DNA of 64,000 nucleotides, taken from Planctomycetota bacterium (lineage in GTDB: Bacteria > Planctomycetota > UBA8108 > SXIK01). The translations under genes and the position numbers were made by a program. Below are positions 19,275 through 28,483 of the stretch, piece after piece. Every line of letters begins with the position of its first letter. Within the stretch, counting starts at the first letter, position 1. The notes beneath the pieces were generated by a model. That model did not search any database and had not been told where the DNA came from. It was given only the letters and a program-made list of their open reading frames with translations. Location: NCBI GenBank assembly GCA_965223265.1, contig OZ244999.1, forward strand, positions 2,688,001 through 2,752,000, given 5' to 3'.

Positions 19275-22200
19275 ATGACGACACGGCTCTGCCTCCTACG
19301 CTCGAGCGCTGCGATTCTTCTGACGGCGATTGTGCCTGCGTGTTGCCGAACGGTTCATGCCGCACCCGGCGACTTTCCAGAAGTCTTCAACACGCAGGAG
19401 GTGACCGTACCCCTCACCCCAGCGGCAGAAGCGGCGCGGCGCATGCAGGTCCCCGACGGTTTTCGTGTCACAGTCTTCGCCAGCGAACCTGACGTCAGGC
19501 AACCGATCGCTATCACGACGGACGATCGTGGACGACTGTGGGTTTGTGAGAACTACACCTACGCCGAAAGTGCGATCAAGTTCGATGCGCGTTTGCGCGA
19601 CCGCATCGTGATCTTGGAAGACAGCAACCACGACGGCCGCGCCGACCGCCGCACTGTGTTTTGGGACGGCGCCGACAAGCTCACCAGTGTCGCGCTTGGC
19701 TTCGGTGGCGTCTGGGCTTTGTGCGCACCGCACTTACTCTTCATCCCTGACCGCGATGGTGACGACGTTCCCGATGGACCGCCGGTGGTGAAGCTCGACG
19801 GCTGGGACGCTGAGCGTGTGCGTCACAACATCGTCAATGGTCTCCGCTGGGGACCCGATGGCTGGCTCTACGGCCGCCACGGCATCCTGGCGACCTCGCG
19901 TGTTGGAACGCCGGGGGCGTCGAGCTCGCAGCGCGTCGCGATCAACTGCGGCATCTGGCGCTACCACCCGACGCGCGACGTCGTCGAAGCTGTCGCCCAC
20001 GGGACAACGAACCCGTGGGGATTTGACTACGACGATCACGGGCAGATGTTTTTCATCAACACTGTCATTGGTCATCTCTTTCACGTCGTCCCTGGGGCGC
20101 ACTACAAGCGTATGTACGGGGTCGATCTGAATCCACACGTCTATGAGCTGATCGACGCCTGCTCAGATCACTACCATTGGGACACCGGCGAGCGCTGGAG
20201 TGACACTCGCAAGATCGGCGTGACGCCGACGACGTCGGCCGCCGGTGGTGGCCATGCCCACTGCGGCATGATGATCTACCTCGGCGACAACTGGCCGGAG
20301 CGGTACCGTGGTGGCGTGTTCACGGTCAATTTGCATGGCCTGCGCGTCAACAACGATCGACTCGTGCGACGCGCTTCGGGTTACGTCGGTGAGCACGCGC
20401 CGGACTTTCTCAAGACCGACGATCCGTGGTTCCGCGGCGTCGAGCTCGTCTACGGCGCGGACGGCGGTGTGTACATAGCGGACTGGTCGGACGTCGGCGA
20501 GTGCCACGAAAACGACGGCGTGCACCGGACGTCGGGGCGGATCTTCAAGGTCACCTATGGCGATCCCGCACCGCCACCGGGCGAGTCGTTGAACCAACTC
20601 AACACCGTTGAGCTTGCGGACCTACAAACGCATCGAAACGACTGGTTCGTGCGCCGTGCACGGCGTCTGCTTCAGGAGCGCGCCGCGGCGGGCGAAGACC
20701 TGCGTGAAGCGACAAACGCCCTGCGCTCGCTCTTTACCCAGCAGACCGACGTGACGCGGCGACTGCGTGCGCTTTGGGCGCTCAACAGCGTCGGCGCCGC
20801 CGACGAACCGTGGCTCGCCTCGCTTCTAAGTGACGACAATGAACACGTGCGCGTGTGGGCGCTGCGGTTACTCGTCGACGGCGAAGTGATCCCGCGCTGG
20901 CTTCCAGATCGTCTCACGCAGCTCGCGGCGGACGAGCCCTCGGCAATCGTGCGTCTCTTCATCGCTTCGGCGATGCAAAAGCTGCCGCTTGCCGCACGCT
21001 GGCCGATCGCCGAAGCACTTGGCGCACGGCGCGAGGACGCCGCAGATCCGATGATTCCACTCATGCTCTGGTATGGCATCGAGCCTGCGGTACCGGCGGC
21101 GCCGCTGCGCGCGGCACGGTTTGCCGTCAAGTGCCAGCTCGCGACGACGCGGCGGCTGGTCGCTCGGCGTCTCACCGAGGAGATCGAGATGTCACCCGCT
21201 GGCGTCGGAGAGCTGGTCAAAGATCTTCCTCGCATCAACTCACGTGCCTTGCGTCTCGATCTACTGCGCGGCATGAACGCGGCGCTCAAAGGTTGGGGGC
21301 GCGCACCAGCGCCGATCGGCTGGGACACTACCTCTGACGCGCTCGTCAAGGCGGAGGACGCCGAGGTTCGCCGTCTCGTCGGCGAGCTGTCGCTCGTCTT
21401 CGGCGCAGGGCGTGGCGTCGAAGAGTTGCGTCAGCTGGTCGCGAACAATGAGGGTGAGCCCACTGCACGGCGCAGTGCCCTTCGCATCCTGGCGCAAAAT
21501 GCACCGCCGGATTTCGCCCCCGAGCTTCAAAAGCGGCTGGGCGACCGCGTCCTTCAGCTCGAGGCGGTCAGCGGCCTGGCTCGCTTCAACCATCCTGCGA
21601 CCGGTGGGCTTCTCATCGAGCGGTTCGAGAGCTTCGATCCCGACGTGCAGGCCGCCGCCGTGGTGACGCTGGTCGCCCGGCATGACTCGGCGCGCGCGTT
21701 TCTTCAGGCCGTCGACGATGGCGCCATCGAACGCAGCGCGATCACGGCGCTCGCAGCGCGGCAGATCGTGAGCTTCAATGACGCGCAGCTCACCGCGCAG
21801 TTGACGCGGCTGTGGGGCGCCATTCGAAAGTCTCCTGCGGAGAAGCGTGAGCTCATCGCAAGCTACAAGCAGAAGCTAACACCGGAGGAGCTCAGTGGCG
21901 CGAATCTTCGCAGCGGGCGCGCCCTCTATGATCGCACCTGCGCGTCGTGCCACGTGCTCTTCGGTGCTGGACGGCACGTTGGTCCTGATCTCACCGGCGC
22001 GGGCCGGCAGAACCTCGATTACCTGCTCGAGAATATCGTCGACCCGAGCGCCAGCGTGGCGGCGGATTTTCAGGTGTCGGTGCTCACCTTGAACGACGGC
22101 CGCGTACTCAGCGGAGTCGTCCTGCGTCAGGACGAGCGGGCGATCACCGTCCAGGTGCAAACGGAGACGTTGACCTTTCCGAGAGATTCGGTCGTGAGCT

Positions 22201-22316
22201 CCGAGCGGACACCTCAGTCGCTCATGCCGGACGGACTTCTGAACGCTCTGAGCGGCGCTGACGTGCGCGACCTGGTCGGCTACCTCATGTCGCCTCGGCA
22301 GGTCGAGGTGCGGTAG
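19275..22316 (+). CDS. PVC-type heme-binding CxxCH protein (membrane-bound dehydrogenase domain, HEAT repeats, cytochrome c)
   Basis: 'VPDGFRVTVFASEPDVRQPI..DDRGRLWV', 'WGPDGWLYG', 'NPWGFD', 'CASCH...VGPDLTG...LLENIVDPS', 'SLMPDGL'. Confidence 0.9.
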   Translation: MTTRLCLLRSSAAILLTAIVPACCRTVHAAPGDFPEVFNTQEVTVPLTPAAEAARRMQVPDGFRVTVFASEPDVRQPIAITTDDRGRLWVCENYTYAESAIKFDARLRDRIVILEDSNHDGRADRRTVFWDGADKLTSVALGFGGVWALCAPHLLFIPDRDGDDVPDGPPVVKLDGWDAERVRHNIVNGLRWGPDGWLYGRHGILATSRVGTPGASSSQRVAINCGIWRYHPTRDVVEAVAHGTTNPWGFDYDDHGQMFFINTVIGHLFHVVPGAHYKRMYGVDLNPHVYELIDACSDHYHWDTGERWSDTRKIGVTPTTSAAGGGHAHCGMMIYLGDNWPERYRGGVFTVNLHGLRVNNDRLVRRASGYVGEHAPDFLKTDDPWFRGVELVYGADGGVYIADWSDVGECHENDGVHRTSGRIFKVTYGDPAPPPGESLNQLNTVELADLQTHRNDWFVRRARRLLQERAAAGEDLREATNALRSLFTQQTDVTRRLRALWALNSVGAADEPWLASLLSDDNEHVRVWALRLLVDGEVIPRWLPDRLTQLAADEPSAIVRLFIASAMQKLPLAARWPIAEALGARREDAADPMIPLMLWYGIEPAVPAAPLRAARFAVKCQLATTRRLVARRLTEEIEMSPAGVGELVKDLPRINSRALRLDLLRGMNAALKGWGRAPAPIGWDTTSDALVKAEDAEVRRLVGELSLVFGAGRGVEELRQLVANNEGEPTARRSALRILAQNAPPDFAPELQKRLGDRVLQLEAVSGLARFNHPATGGLLIERFESFDPDVQAAAVVTLVARHDSARAFLQAVDDGAIERSAITALAARQIVSFNDAQLTAQLTRLWGAIRKSPAEKRELIASYKQKLTPEELSGANLRSGRALYDRTCASCHVLFGAGRHVGPDLTGAGRQNLDYLLENIVDPSASVAADFQVSVLTLNDGRVLSGVVLRQDERAITVQVQTETLTFPRDSVVSSERTPQSLMPDGLLNALSGADVRDLVGYLMSPRQVEVR

Positions 22317-22420
22317 CTAACGTCCCACGCAGTCCGGGAGCATCGGGCAGCCGGCGATCGGCACGCAGCCCCGCGTTTCGTTGTTTTGGGGTCTGCTCAC
22401 GTCGCATCTCATTCCGATCG

Positions 22421-22449
22421 TTGACACGTTTCTACGTCCCTCTTAGCAT
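22421..22449 (+). promoter_or_regulatory. sigma70-type promoter
   Basis: TTGACA (22421-22426), 17-bp spacer, TAGCAT (22444-22449) upstream of the ankyrin gene. Confidence 0.75.
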
Positions 22450-22454
22450 GCGCT

Positions 22455-22626
22455 TGCGTTCGAGGGCGCTGCCGGGTCCGCGGAAAGGCCATGCCACCTC
22501 GTCCACTCTCCGTGATTGCCAACGACCTTCTTTCTGCCTGTCGTGAGCGGACAACGGGCATCATCGGCCGTCAAGGCCGGATCGCGCCGAAGGCGATCCC
22601 TCAGGCGTGATGAGAAAGGAGTTCAA
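22455..22626 (+). ncRNA. Candidate structured 5' leader RNA (no known family recognised)
   Basis: Nested pairings: GAGGG 22462/CCCTC 22598; ATGCC 22491/GGCAT 22557; GTCCACTC 22501/GAGCGGAC 22545; ACGAC 22522/GTCGT 22540. Hairpins CGGCC-GTCAA-GGCCG (22565-22579) and ATCGC..GCGAT (22581-22597). Ends just before SD AAAGGAG. Confidence 0.5.
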
Positions 22627-24243
22627 ATGGATGCGCCGCGTCGTTCCTCTCCGACTCGTACCCTGCCCGGCCAGCCCGAGCTGTCGCGCATTCGCAAGCA
22701 GGCGAAACTCTTGCTCAAGCAGTTTCGTGCCAGCGATGTCGAAGCCACCTCCGAGGTCAGCACCCACTATCACGATGCGGATCCTGGGGCGCTGCGTCTC
22801 TGCGACGCTCAGTTGGTGATCGCACGAGCCTATGGTTTTTCCAGTTGGCCGAAGCTCGCGGCTCATGTTCGATCGAAAGAAGTGACCGCCGATCAGGATC
22901 CTCGCCACTACAAAGATGTATTTCGTGCGATAGAGGAGGGGAACACACAGAAGGTCCTGTCTTTGATCGATGTCGATGAGTCTCTACTCGACGTTGCCGA
23001 TCACAACCAAAGCACGCCGCTCACCCGGGCTTTCGCGTTCAATAACTTAGAGTTGGCAGGTCTGCTGATTGAAAGGGGAGCCAATGCGTTCGCAATGAAC
23101 CATTCGGAGAAGTGGGCTATGCGGTCCGTTGTCGAACGCAGTGGACTGCGTCGCGAGGATCGCGAACGCTTGGTGGAGACAGCCATCGCCGCGCGAGTCT
23201 GGGATGCGGAGATCTTTCATGCGGTGTGGCGCCGCGATCGCAACCTCGCAGAGAAAGTACTGAAGGATGATCCGGCGCAGGTTTCCATCCGCCTTGCCGT
23301 TCTCGATGCAGCGGATGGTTTTTGGAACACGCTTCCCTACTGCGGTCTCAGCCCGCTCCACTATGCCGTCATCGCTGGTGATTTGCGCATGGTTCGTCTT
23401 TTGCTGGAGCGCGGAGCGGAAGTCGATGCTCTCCCACACGCTCACGAAGCTGACTCTCGATTCACTCCCATGTATTACGTTCCCAGTGGGTGCGGCCCGA
23501 TCGCTGAGCGCCTCGTCGAGCACGGTGCGAACGTGAAGCACACGAAGTGGTACCTCACCTCCGGCAGCAAGGCGATGCGAAAAGTCGTGGTTGCACATGG
23601 AGCTGCCGGTACACCGCTGTTGGCGGCGCTGTGTGTCGGTGACTTGAACAAGGCGATCGACATCGCACGTCAAGACCCAACTGTCATTCACGACCGATTG
23701 AAGGAAGCCTATATCGACACGCCACTGCACATGGCAATGAAGGCTGGCTGCGCCGAACTGGTAGAGATCTTGCTTGACCATGGGATGGATGTGGACACTC
23801 CATCATCGCGAGGATACACCCCGCTGACGATGGCCCCTGAGCTCTATTGCTCGCTCGATATGATCAAGCTACTTGTCGAGCGTGGAGCGGATGTTCACGC
23901 CGGCATGTCTGCGAGCGGCTCGGGCTTCTTGAGTCACGACGCCGCGCTCCACAGCGCCATCTGGCAACATGCATACGAACACTGGGACTACGAGGCGGTG
24001 ATCCGCTACTTGGTTCGGATCGGCTCACGTCCCTGTGGCTTGTATCACTGTGCACTCGGCGGGAATCTCGCCGCGGCCAAACTGCTCGTCGAGCTAGGCG
24101 CCGACGTCAATGAAACCGACGACAAGGGGCGCACAGCGTTGGACTACTGCACTGGCGCCGCGGCGGAACACGAGCACCCAGACATCGCGGAGTTCCTACG
24201 GCAACACGGCGGCAGGCACGCGGAGGAGCTCGTAGGACCCTAA
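22627..24243 (+). CDS. Ankyrin repeat protein with N-terminal 'RKQAK...AQ.VIAR.YGF.SW' helical domain
   Basis: SD AAAGGAG then ATG 22627; ankyrin repeats 'TPLTRA', 'SPLHYAV..GD..MVRLLLERGAEVD', 'TPLHMA' and 'G.TALD'. Confidence 0.85.
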   Translation: MDAPRRSSPTRTLPGQPELSRIRKQAKLLLKQFRASDVEATSEVSTHYHDADPGALRLCDAQLVIARAYGFSSWPKLAAHVRSKEVTADQDPRHYKDVFRAIEEGNTQKVLSLIDVDESLLDVADHNQSTPLTRAFAFNNLELAGLLIERGANAFAMNHSEKWAMRSVVERSGLRREDRERLVETAIAARVWDAEIFHAVWRRDRNLAEKVLKDDPAQVSIRLAVLDAADGFWNTLPYCGLSPLHYAVIAGDLRMVRLLLERGAEVDALPHAHEADSRFTPMYYVPSGCGPIAERLVEHGANVKHTKWYLTSGSKAMRKVVVAHGAAGTPLLAALCVGDLNKAIDIARQDPTVIHDRLKEAYIDTPLHMAMKAGCAELVEILLDHGMDVDTPSSRGYTPLTMAPELYCSLDMIKLLVERGADVHAGMSASGSGFLSHDAALHSAIWQHAYEHWDYEAVIRYLVRIGSRPCGLYHCALGGNLAAAKLLVELGADVNETDDKGRTALDYCTGAAAEHEHPDIAEFLRQHGGRHAEELVGP

Positions 24244-24399
24244 CGTTCGTGGCCGATTCTTAGATCCATTCACTTGCTTGGTTGGGCACTCTGTTTGACT
24301 CAGAACTAGGGTGTCGCTCGCGACTACTTCTCAATGAAGAACGGTGGGACCTCGCGGTTACGTCGAGTTTTTGCTTACAATCGGCGACTGCAGCGCGTC

Positions 24400-24474
24400 G
24401 AGAAAGGTGCATTTGAGGACGGTGAGTTCGAGGACGGTGGGTTTGAGAAAGGCGAGTTTGAGGACGAGGCTTCT
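24400..24474 (+). repeat. Five imperfect 15-bp tandem repeats
   Basis: GAGAAAGGTGCATTT, GAGGACGGTGAGTTC, GAGGACGGTGGGTTT, GAGAAAGGCGAGTTT, GAGGACGAGGCTTCT; they lie in ORF 24334-24585 as E(K/D)GxF. Confidence 0.7.
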
Positions 24475-24562
24475 GCGGACGGGATTCTCAGTGAGGCGAT
24501 GCTCATTAGGGGTTACGCGTTTTGGAAAGAGTCGATCGTGACTGAGAGCGAGGCCCATCGAA

Positions 24563-25063
24563 TTGCGAGACGTCGTAGAGAATAGCAACAGCAAGAGCGA
24601 GAGTACTTTCCGGGTCATCGGCGCGGCGCTGAGGGACTACGTCCAACGGTGTGCGCCTTGCCTCCGTAGACTCTCTGCGACCGAAGCCGTGGCTCCGCGC
24701 GGCGAGGGCAAGTGGACGAAGATTGAAATCCTGGGCCACCTCGTTGACTCCGCGGCGAACAATCACCACCGATTTGTCCGCGTGCAAGAGTCATCCAGCG
24801 AGTTCGCGTTTCCTGGATACGCACAAGATCAGTGGGTCAGCACACAGGGCTACGCAGAGGCTGACTGGAATTCAGTCGTTTCGCTTTGGGAGCGGTACAA
24901 TCTACACCTGGCAACTGTCATTGACCGGATCCCGTCCGAGCACGCCGAGACTCCCTGCAGGATTGGGGATGAGCCTCCCCAATCACTCGCCGACCTGGCC
25001 CGAGACTATGTCGACCATGCGTGCCATCACATCGAGCAGGTCGTTGACGTTGGCGATTCTTAA
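24563..25063 (+). CDS. DinB family protein
   Basis: 'GKWTKIEILGHLVDSAANNHHRFVR...PGYAQDQWV...W..YN.HL...DYVDH..HH'; start uncertain. Confidence 0.85.
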   Translation: MRDVVENSNSKSESTFRVIGAALRDYVQRCAPCLRRLSATEAVAPRGEGKWTKIEILGHLVDSAANNHHRFVRVQESSSEFAFPGYAQDQWVSTQGYAEADWNSVVSLWERYNLHLATVIDRIPSEHAETPCRIGDEPPQSLADLARDYVDHACHHIEQVVDVGDS

Positions 25064-25223
25064 CAGCCTGTTGAAAAAGTGCTTCGAGCCGAAAACTGGT
25101 CTCTTCGCGTCCAGATCGGCTGCGGCAAACGGAGGCAATCTTCGGGATTTTCGAGTATTGACGCGGTCGAGCTGGGCGTGAAGAGGCCAGTTTCTTCGGC
25201 CGAATGACTTTTTCAACGGGCTG
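25064..25223. mobile_element. 160-bp MITE (copy 1), TIR CAGCC(T/C)GTTGAAAAAGT, flanked by TTAA
   Basis: TTAA at 25060-63 (includes the DinB stop) and 25224-27; differs at 3 positions from the reverse complement of the copy at 29829-29988. Confidence 0.85.
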
Positions 25224-25281
25224 TTAAGAGCGATTCTTGGCGGCCTTTGCAAAGAATCGTGCTCCGCCAGCCACACATGGG

Positions 25282-25749
25282 TCATTTACCGGTGCTGGAT
25301 TGCTCGACTGCTTCACGCGGGATTGTGCCTTCGTAGCGAAGATCGCGGAGCGAAGCGAATTCCACGGCGAGGAGCTCCGAGTCGGTGAGTGATCTCTTCT
25401 CGTCCGCGTGGTAGCTGAAGAGCCTTTCTCCCGCAACCTCGAAGACAACAATGTTGCTCAGTTTGTTCCATGCTATCTGGGCTCGAAACTCCCTGTCAGC
25501 GGGAGAGAAGTCAGGTGAGACATAGATTCGGTGCCCATCGACACTGAGGCGAAAGTTGACGTCGATGCCCTGCGTGCGGACAAGCTTTGCGGTGTGTTGG
25601 CCGTTTGGGCTCGCCTTCTTCATGACGGTCCAGGTCACCAGTGAGTAGAGCCAGAGCACGAGTGCCCCGACCGCGGCCGGAGCGACCACACCGAGCGCGA
25701 TCGCGACGGGCAGAATCTGTCTCAGCTTTCTGGGTGTCGGCTCTGGCAT
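25282..25749 (-). CDS. Hypothetical membrane-anchored protein
   Basis: 155 aa with an N-terminal TM segment and 'SPNGQHTA'; sits between two MITE copies. Confidence 0.6.
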   Translation of the reverse strand: MPEPTPRKLRQILPVAIALGVVAPAAVGALVLWLYSLVTWTVMKKASPNGQHTAKLVRTQGIDVNFRLSVDGHRIYVSPDFSPADREFRAQIAWNKLSNIVVFEVAGERLFSYHADEKRSLTDSELLAVEFASLRDLRYEGTIPREAVEQSSTGK

Positions 25750-25752
25750 CGA

Positions 25753-25928
25753 CAGCTCGTTGAAAAAGTCATTCGGCCGAGAATCTGTCCTCTTCCCGCC
25801 CAGCTCGACGGCGTCAATACTTGCCGTAATACCTTGTAAGAGAGGGCTCGGAGATTACCTGCATTTGCCGCGGCCGATCTGGACGCGAAGAGACCAGTTT
25901 TCGGCTCGAAGCACTCTTCAACAGGCTG
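25753..25928. mobile_element. MITE (copy 2, diverged, 176 bp), inverted relative to copy 1
   Basis: CAGCTCGTTGAAAAAGTCATTCGGCCGA...GGCTCGAAGCACTCTTCAACAGGCTG; different central segment; flanks TCGA/TCAA. Confidence 0.8.
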
Positions 25929-25948
25929 TCAAGCATCTACGCCTCGAG

Positions 25949-27628
25949 TCACCACTCGAAGTAATCGCGCAGATCCGGCCACTGCTTCTCCATGAACACG
26001 AGCACCGACATGCCGAAGTAGAAAGCTGCGCAGGCTATCACACCCAGGCGGCTGTACCAACGTGGCCTGAGCTCCGGCGGCAGGAACTTCACGTTAATGC
26101 GCAGGAGGGCGACAGCGGTCACGGCGAGCGCGACGTTGTTGATGTTGGCGATGAGGATCACCATGAGCTTGGGCGATCCGTGCGTCGTGAAGTACCAGGC
26201 GCACAGGTACGACCAGGCGACGTAGGCGAAGAGGATGCCGTAGTAAAGGCGCTTGACGTGCCTGGGATTCATGCGCTCGCGCACGAAGCGGCTGCCGGAC
26301 CATGAGATGTCAGTCCAGCGGCGACTGAAGCCGTCGACGATCGACATCTGACTGGGGAGGAGGACCGCGATGCCGACAAAAAGAGTGACGATCCAGAGAA
26401 GGTTCGCGACGCCGGCCGAGAACTGCGGCGCGTTGCGGATGCCGTCCGCCGTGATCACCGCTTGCGCCCAGTCGAGCCCCGCTTTGTCATGGTAGAGCGG
26501 CGAGAACTGGGCAAACTCGAGCGACAGCAGCGCTGGGAGTGCCATACCGGCGAAACAACCGGGGCCCCAAATCAGCACCTGGTCCCGCACGACGTAGCGC
26601 CACCAGCTCTTCCAGCGTGAGAGGTTTTCTGCGGTCAGTGGGAAGACCTTTCCGAGATGGCTCAGTGTGATCTGGCGTCCGCCGATGGCGCTCGGGATCG
26701 CGCCAACGCGTTGACCCATGCCCCAGCCCTTGTCGCGGACGTAGTTCGAGTACGCCGCATTGGAGAGGCCGCCGCCACCGGCGTAGCCCGCGAAGGCGCC
26801 AAGGACGGCGATGTTGGCGAGCGCGATCACAGGCCATTCGCCGTGCTCGAGCCAGTGCGAGACGGCGTTGACCACCGTTTCGCCGCCTTTGCCATCGCTC
26901 ACGGGAACGTTGCCGAACGCTACGAAACCGCTCAAAACGTTCCACCAGTTGGCCGGGGTGACGAAAAAGATTCCCATCAAGAGGCAAAAACCGAGCACGA
27001 GGAGCACCTTGGTCGTCATCACTGCCTGCAGCGTGTTGTAGACCTTGCCGCCGACGAGCACCGGCAGGACGACGACACCGAGCGTGATGTAAGCGAGGAT
27101 CTGAACCAAGTGCTGGTCCGCCTCACCGGGTGGGTGGCCAAGGTACATCGAGGCGATCAGCGCGGCGCCATGCGTCGACAGCCCTGGGATGAGTGTGCCG
27201 ACGTTGAGGATCATGATCACACCCATCCAAAACGCCGGCCCAGGTCGCATGCGCATGAAGCCGGTCATGATGGGCTCGCCGCAGTAGAGCGCGTAGCGGC
27301 CGGCCTCGAGGTTGAAGAAAACTTGCACGACGATCGCCACCGTTGCAATCCACATGAGGCCGCCACCGTAGCGCGCGGTGATCTCAGGGCCGAAGAGCCA
27401 CTCGCCACCGCCAATCTGAATGCCGCACATGACGATGCCAGGTCCAATCAGCGCCGCCCACTTCTTCCAAGTCGATCGCGCTGTCGCCGCGTCCGGCGCC
27501 GCCTCGGTCGCGGGAAGATCCTCGACGGTCCAAGGCGGCAGTTGTGTGGGCGGCAGAAACGCTGCCGGAGCGCCGTGTTCTCTGCTTTCGTAGTGGTAGT
27601 GCTCCATGGTCGGCCTGTTCCCTGCCAT
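25949..27628 (-). CDS. Nramp-like (APC superfamily) transporter
   Basis: 'IGPGIVMCGIQIGGGEWLFGP', 'N.EAGRYALYCGE' and 'YSNYVRDKGWGMG'; many TM helices. Start 27628 or 27607. Confidence 0.75.
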   Translation of the reverse strand: MAGNRPTMEHYHYESREHGAPAAFLPPTQLPPWTVEDLPATEAAPDAATARSTWKKWAALIGPGIVMCGIQIGGGEWLFGPEITARYGGGLMWIATVAIVVQVFFNLEAGRYALYCGEPIMTGFMRMRPGPAFWMGVIMILNVGTLIPGLSTHGAALIASMYLGHPPGEADQHLVQILAYITLGVVVLPVLVGGKVYNTLQAVMTTKVLLVLGFCLLMGIFFVTPANWWNVLSGFVAFGNVPVSDGKGGETVVNAVSHWLEHGEWPVIALANIAVLGAFAGYAGGGGLSNAAYSNYVRDKGWGMGQRVGAIPSAIGGRQITLSHLGKVFPLTAENLSRWKSWWRYVVRDQVLIWGPGCFAGMALPALLSLEFAQFSPLYHDKAGLDWAQAVITADGIRNAPQFSAGVANLLWIVTLFVGIAVLLPSQMSIVDGFSRRWTDISWSGSRFVRERMNPRHVKRLYYGILFAYVAWSYLCAWYFTTHGSPKLMVILIANINNVALAVTAVALLRINVKFLPPELRPRWYSRLGVIACAAFYFGMSVLVFMEKQWPDLRDYFEW

Positions 27629-27862
27629 GATCTCAAAATCGAGCCGGAGCGCGAACGGGCGCGCCGCGAGGACGAGATCGTCGCTGATTGTCTTCGGACG
27701 GTCAACTTGATTCGAGTAAGGTGTCAACTCGCAGAAGGAGTCTTCACCGCAGAGGTCGCAGCAGCGCGCAGCGAAGAGACAATCGGAGTTCTCTTCTTGC
27801 TGTCGTGGAGAAGCGCCGCCGAGTGACGTACAATTCGAAGGACCATTGCGGAGGCCCACAAC

Positions 27863-28429
27863 TTGACGAAATCACCGTTTCTTTGGTGCGTTCCTTCTGC
27901 GCTTCTTGCCGTCAGCTGTGTCAAGAGTGACCAATCGCCGACCGACGCGAGGGAAGCCTATACGATGGCATCGCCCTCAGATGGTCGTGAGAATGAATCC
28001 ACGCATGGGGCAGCGACCGAGTCAGCGGACGGCTGGCGCCGCATCGACGCGCGAAAGTTTTCATTCCTCCTGCCAGACGACGTGAAAGAAGTCCCGGTGC
28101 AGGGCATCGACTCGCTGGTCGGTCAGTATGCCGGCGCAGAAATGGCAGTGTCGTTCGACTATGGTTGGTATTCGAATTCGTTGCCGAGAAGCGATGACAA
28201 GCAAGGTTTCACCAGCGAAGAGACCGAAATCGGTGGCAAGGCCGTTCGGATCGTAACCTTCATGCGTCCGGACGACTCGGACGACTTCTCCCACGTCGTG
28301 GGCGTTCATTTTCCTACCGTGAGCACAAAAGGACCGCATAGAAAGAAGAAGCTCACTTTGCTCGTCCGCTACTCCAAGGCGGCCGAGCGGCCAACTGCTC
28401 TACGTATCGTTCGGTCGATTCAGTTTTGA
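27863..28429 (+). CDS. Hypothetical lipoprotein
   Basis: 'LLAVSC' lipobox-like; RBS GGAGG upstream; 'FSFLLPDD..QGIDS.VG.Y...FDYGWYS'. Confidence 0.6.
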   Translation: MTKSPFLWCVPSALLAVSCVKSDQSPTDAREAYTMASPSDGRENESTHGAATESADGWRRIDARKFSFLLPDDVKEVPVQGIDSLVGQYAGAEMAVSFDYGWYSNSLPRSDDKQGFTSEETEIGGKAVRIVTFMRPDDSDDFSHVVGVHFPTVSTKGPHRKKKLTLLVRYSKAAERPTALRIVRSIQF

Positions 28430-28483
28430 CGGGCGTCCCTGCTCTTGATCGAGTTGAGATCCGTCGGATCTTTCGAGGGCTCT

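Noticed and set aside
24238-24287. CCCTAAC...GTTGGGC after the ankyrin stop as an attC site
   Set aside because: Only 50 bp, with no internal L-box complementarity.
24400-24474. CRISPR-like array
   Set aside because: Units are contiguous 15-mers with no unique spacers, and no cas genes are present.
25060-25227. 160-bp palindromes as integron attC sites (TAAC...GTTA ends)
   Set aside because: The ends pair continuously with no unpaired spacer or extrahelical pattern, copies occur in both orientations, and TTAA is duplicated at an identifiable empty site; a MITE fits better.
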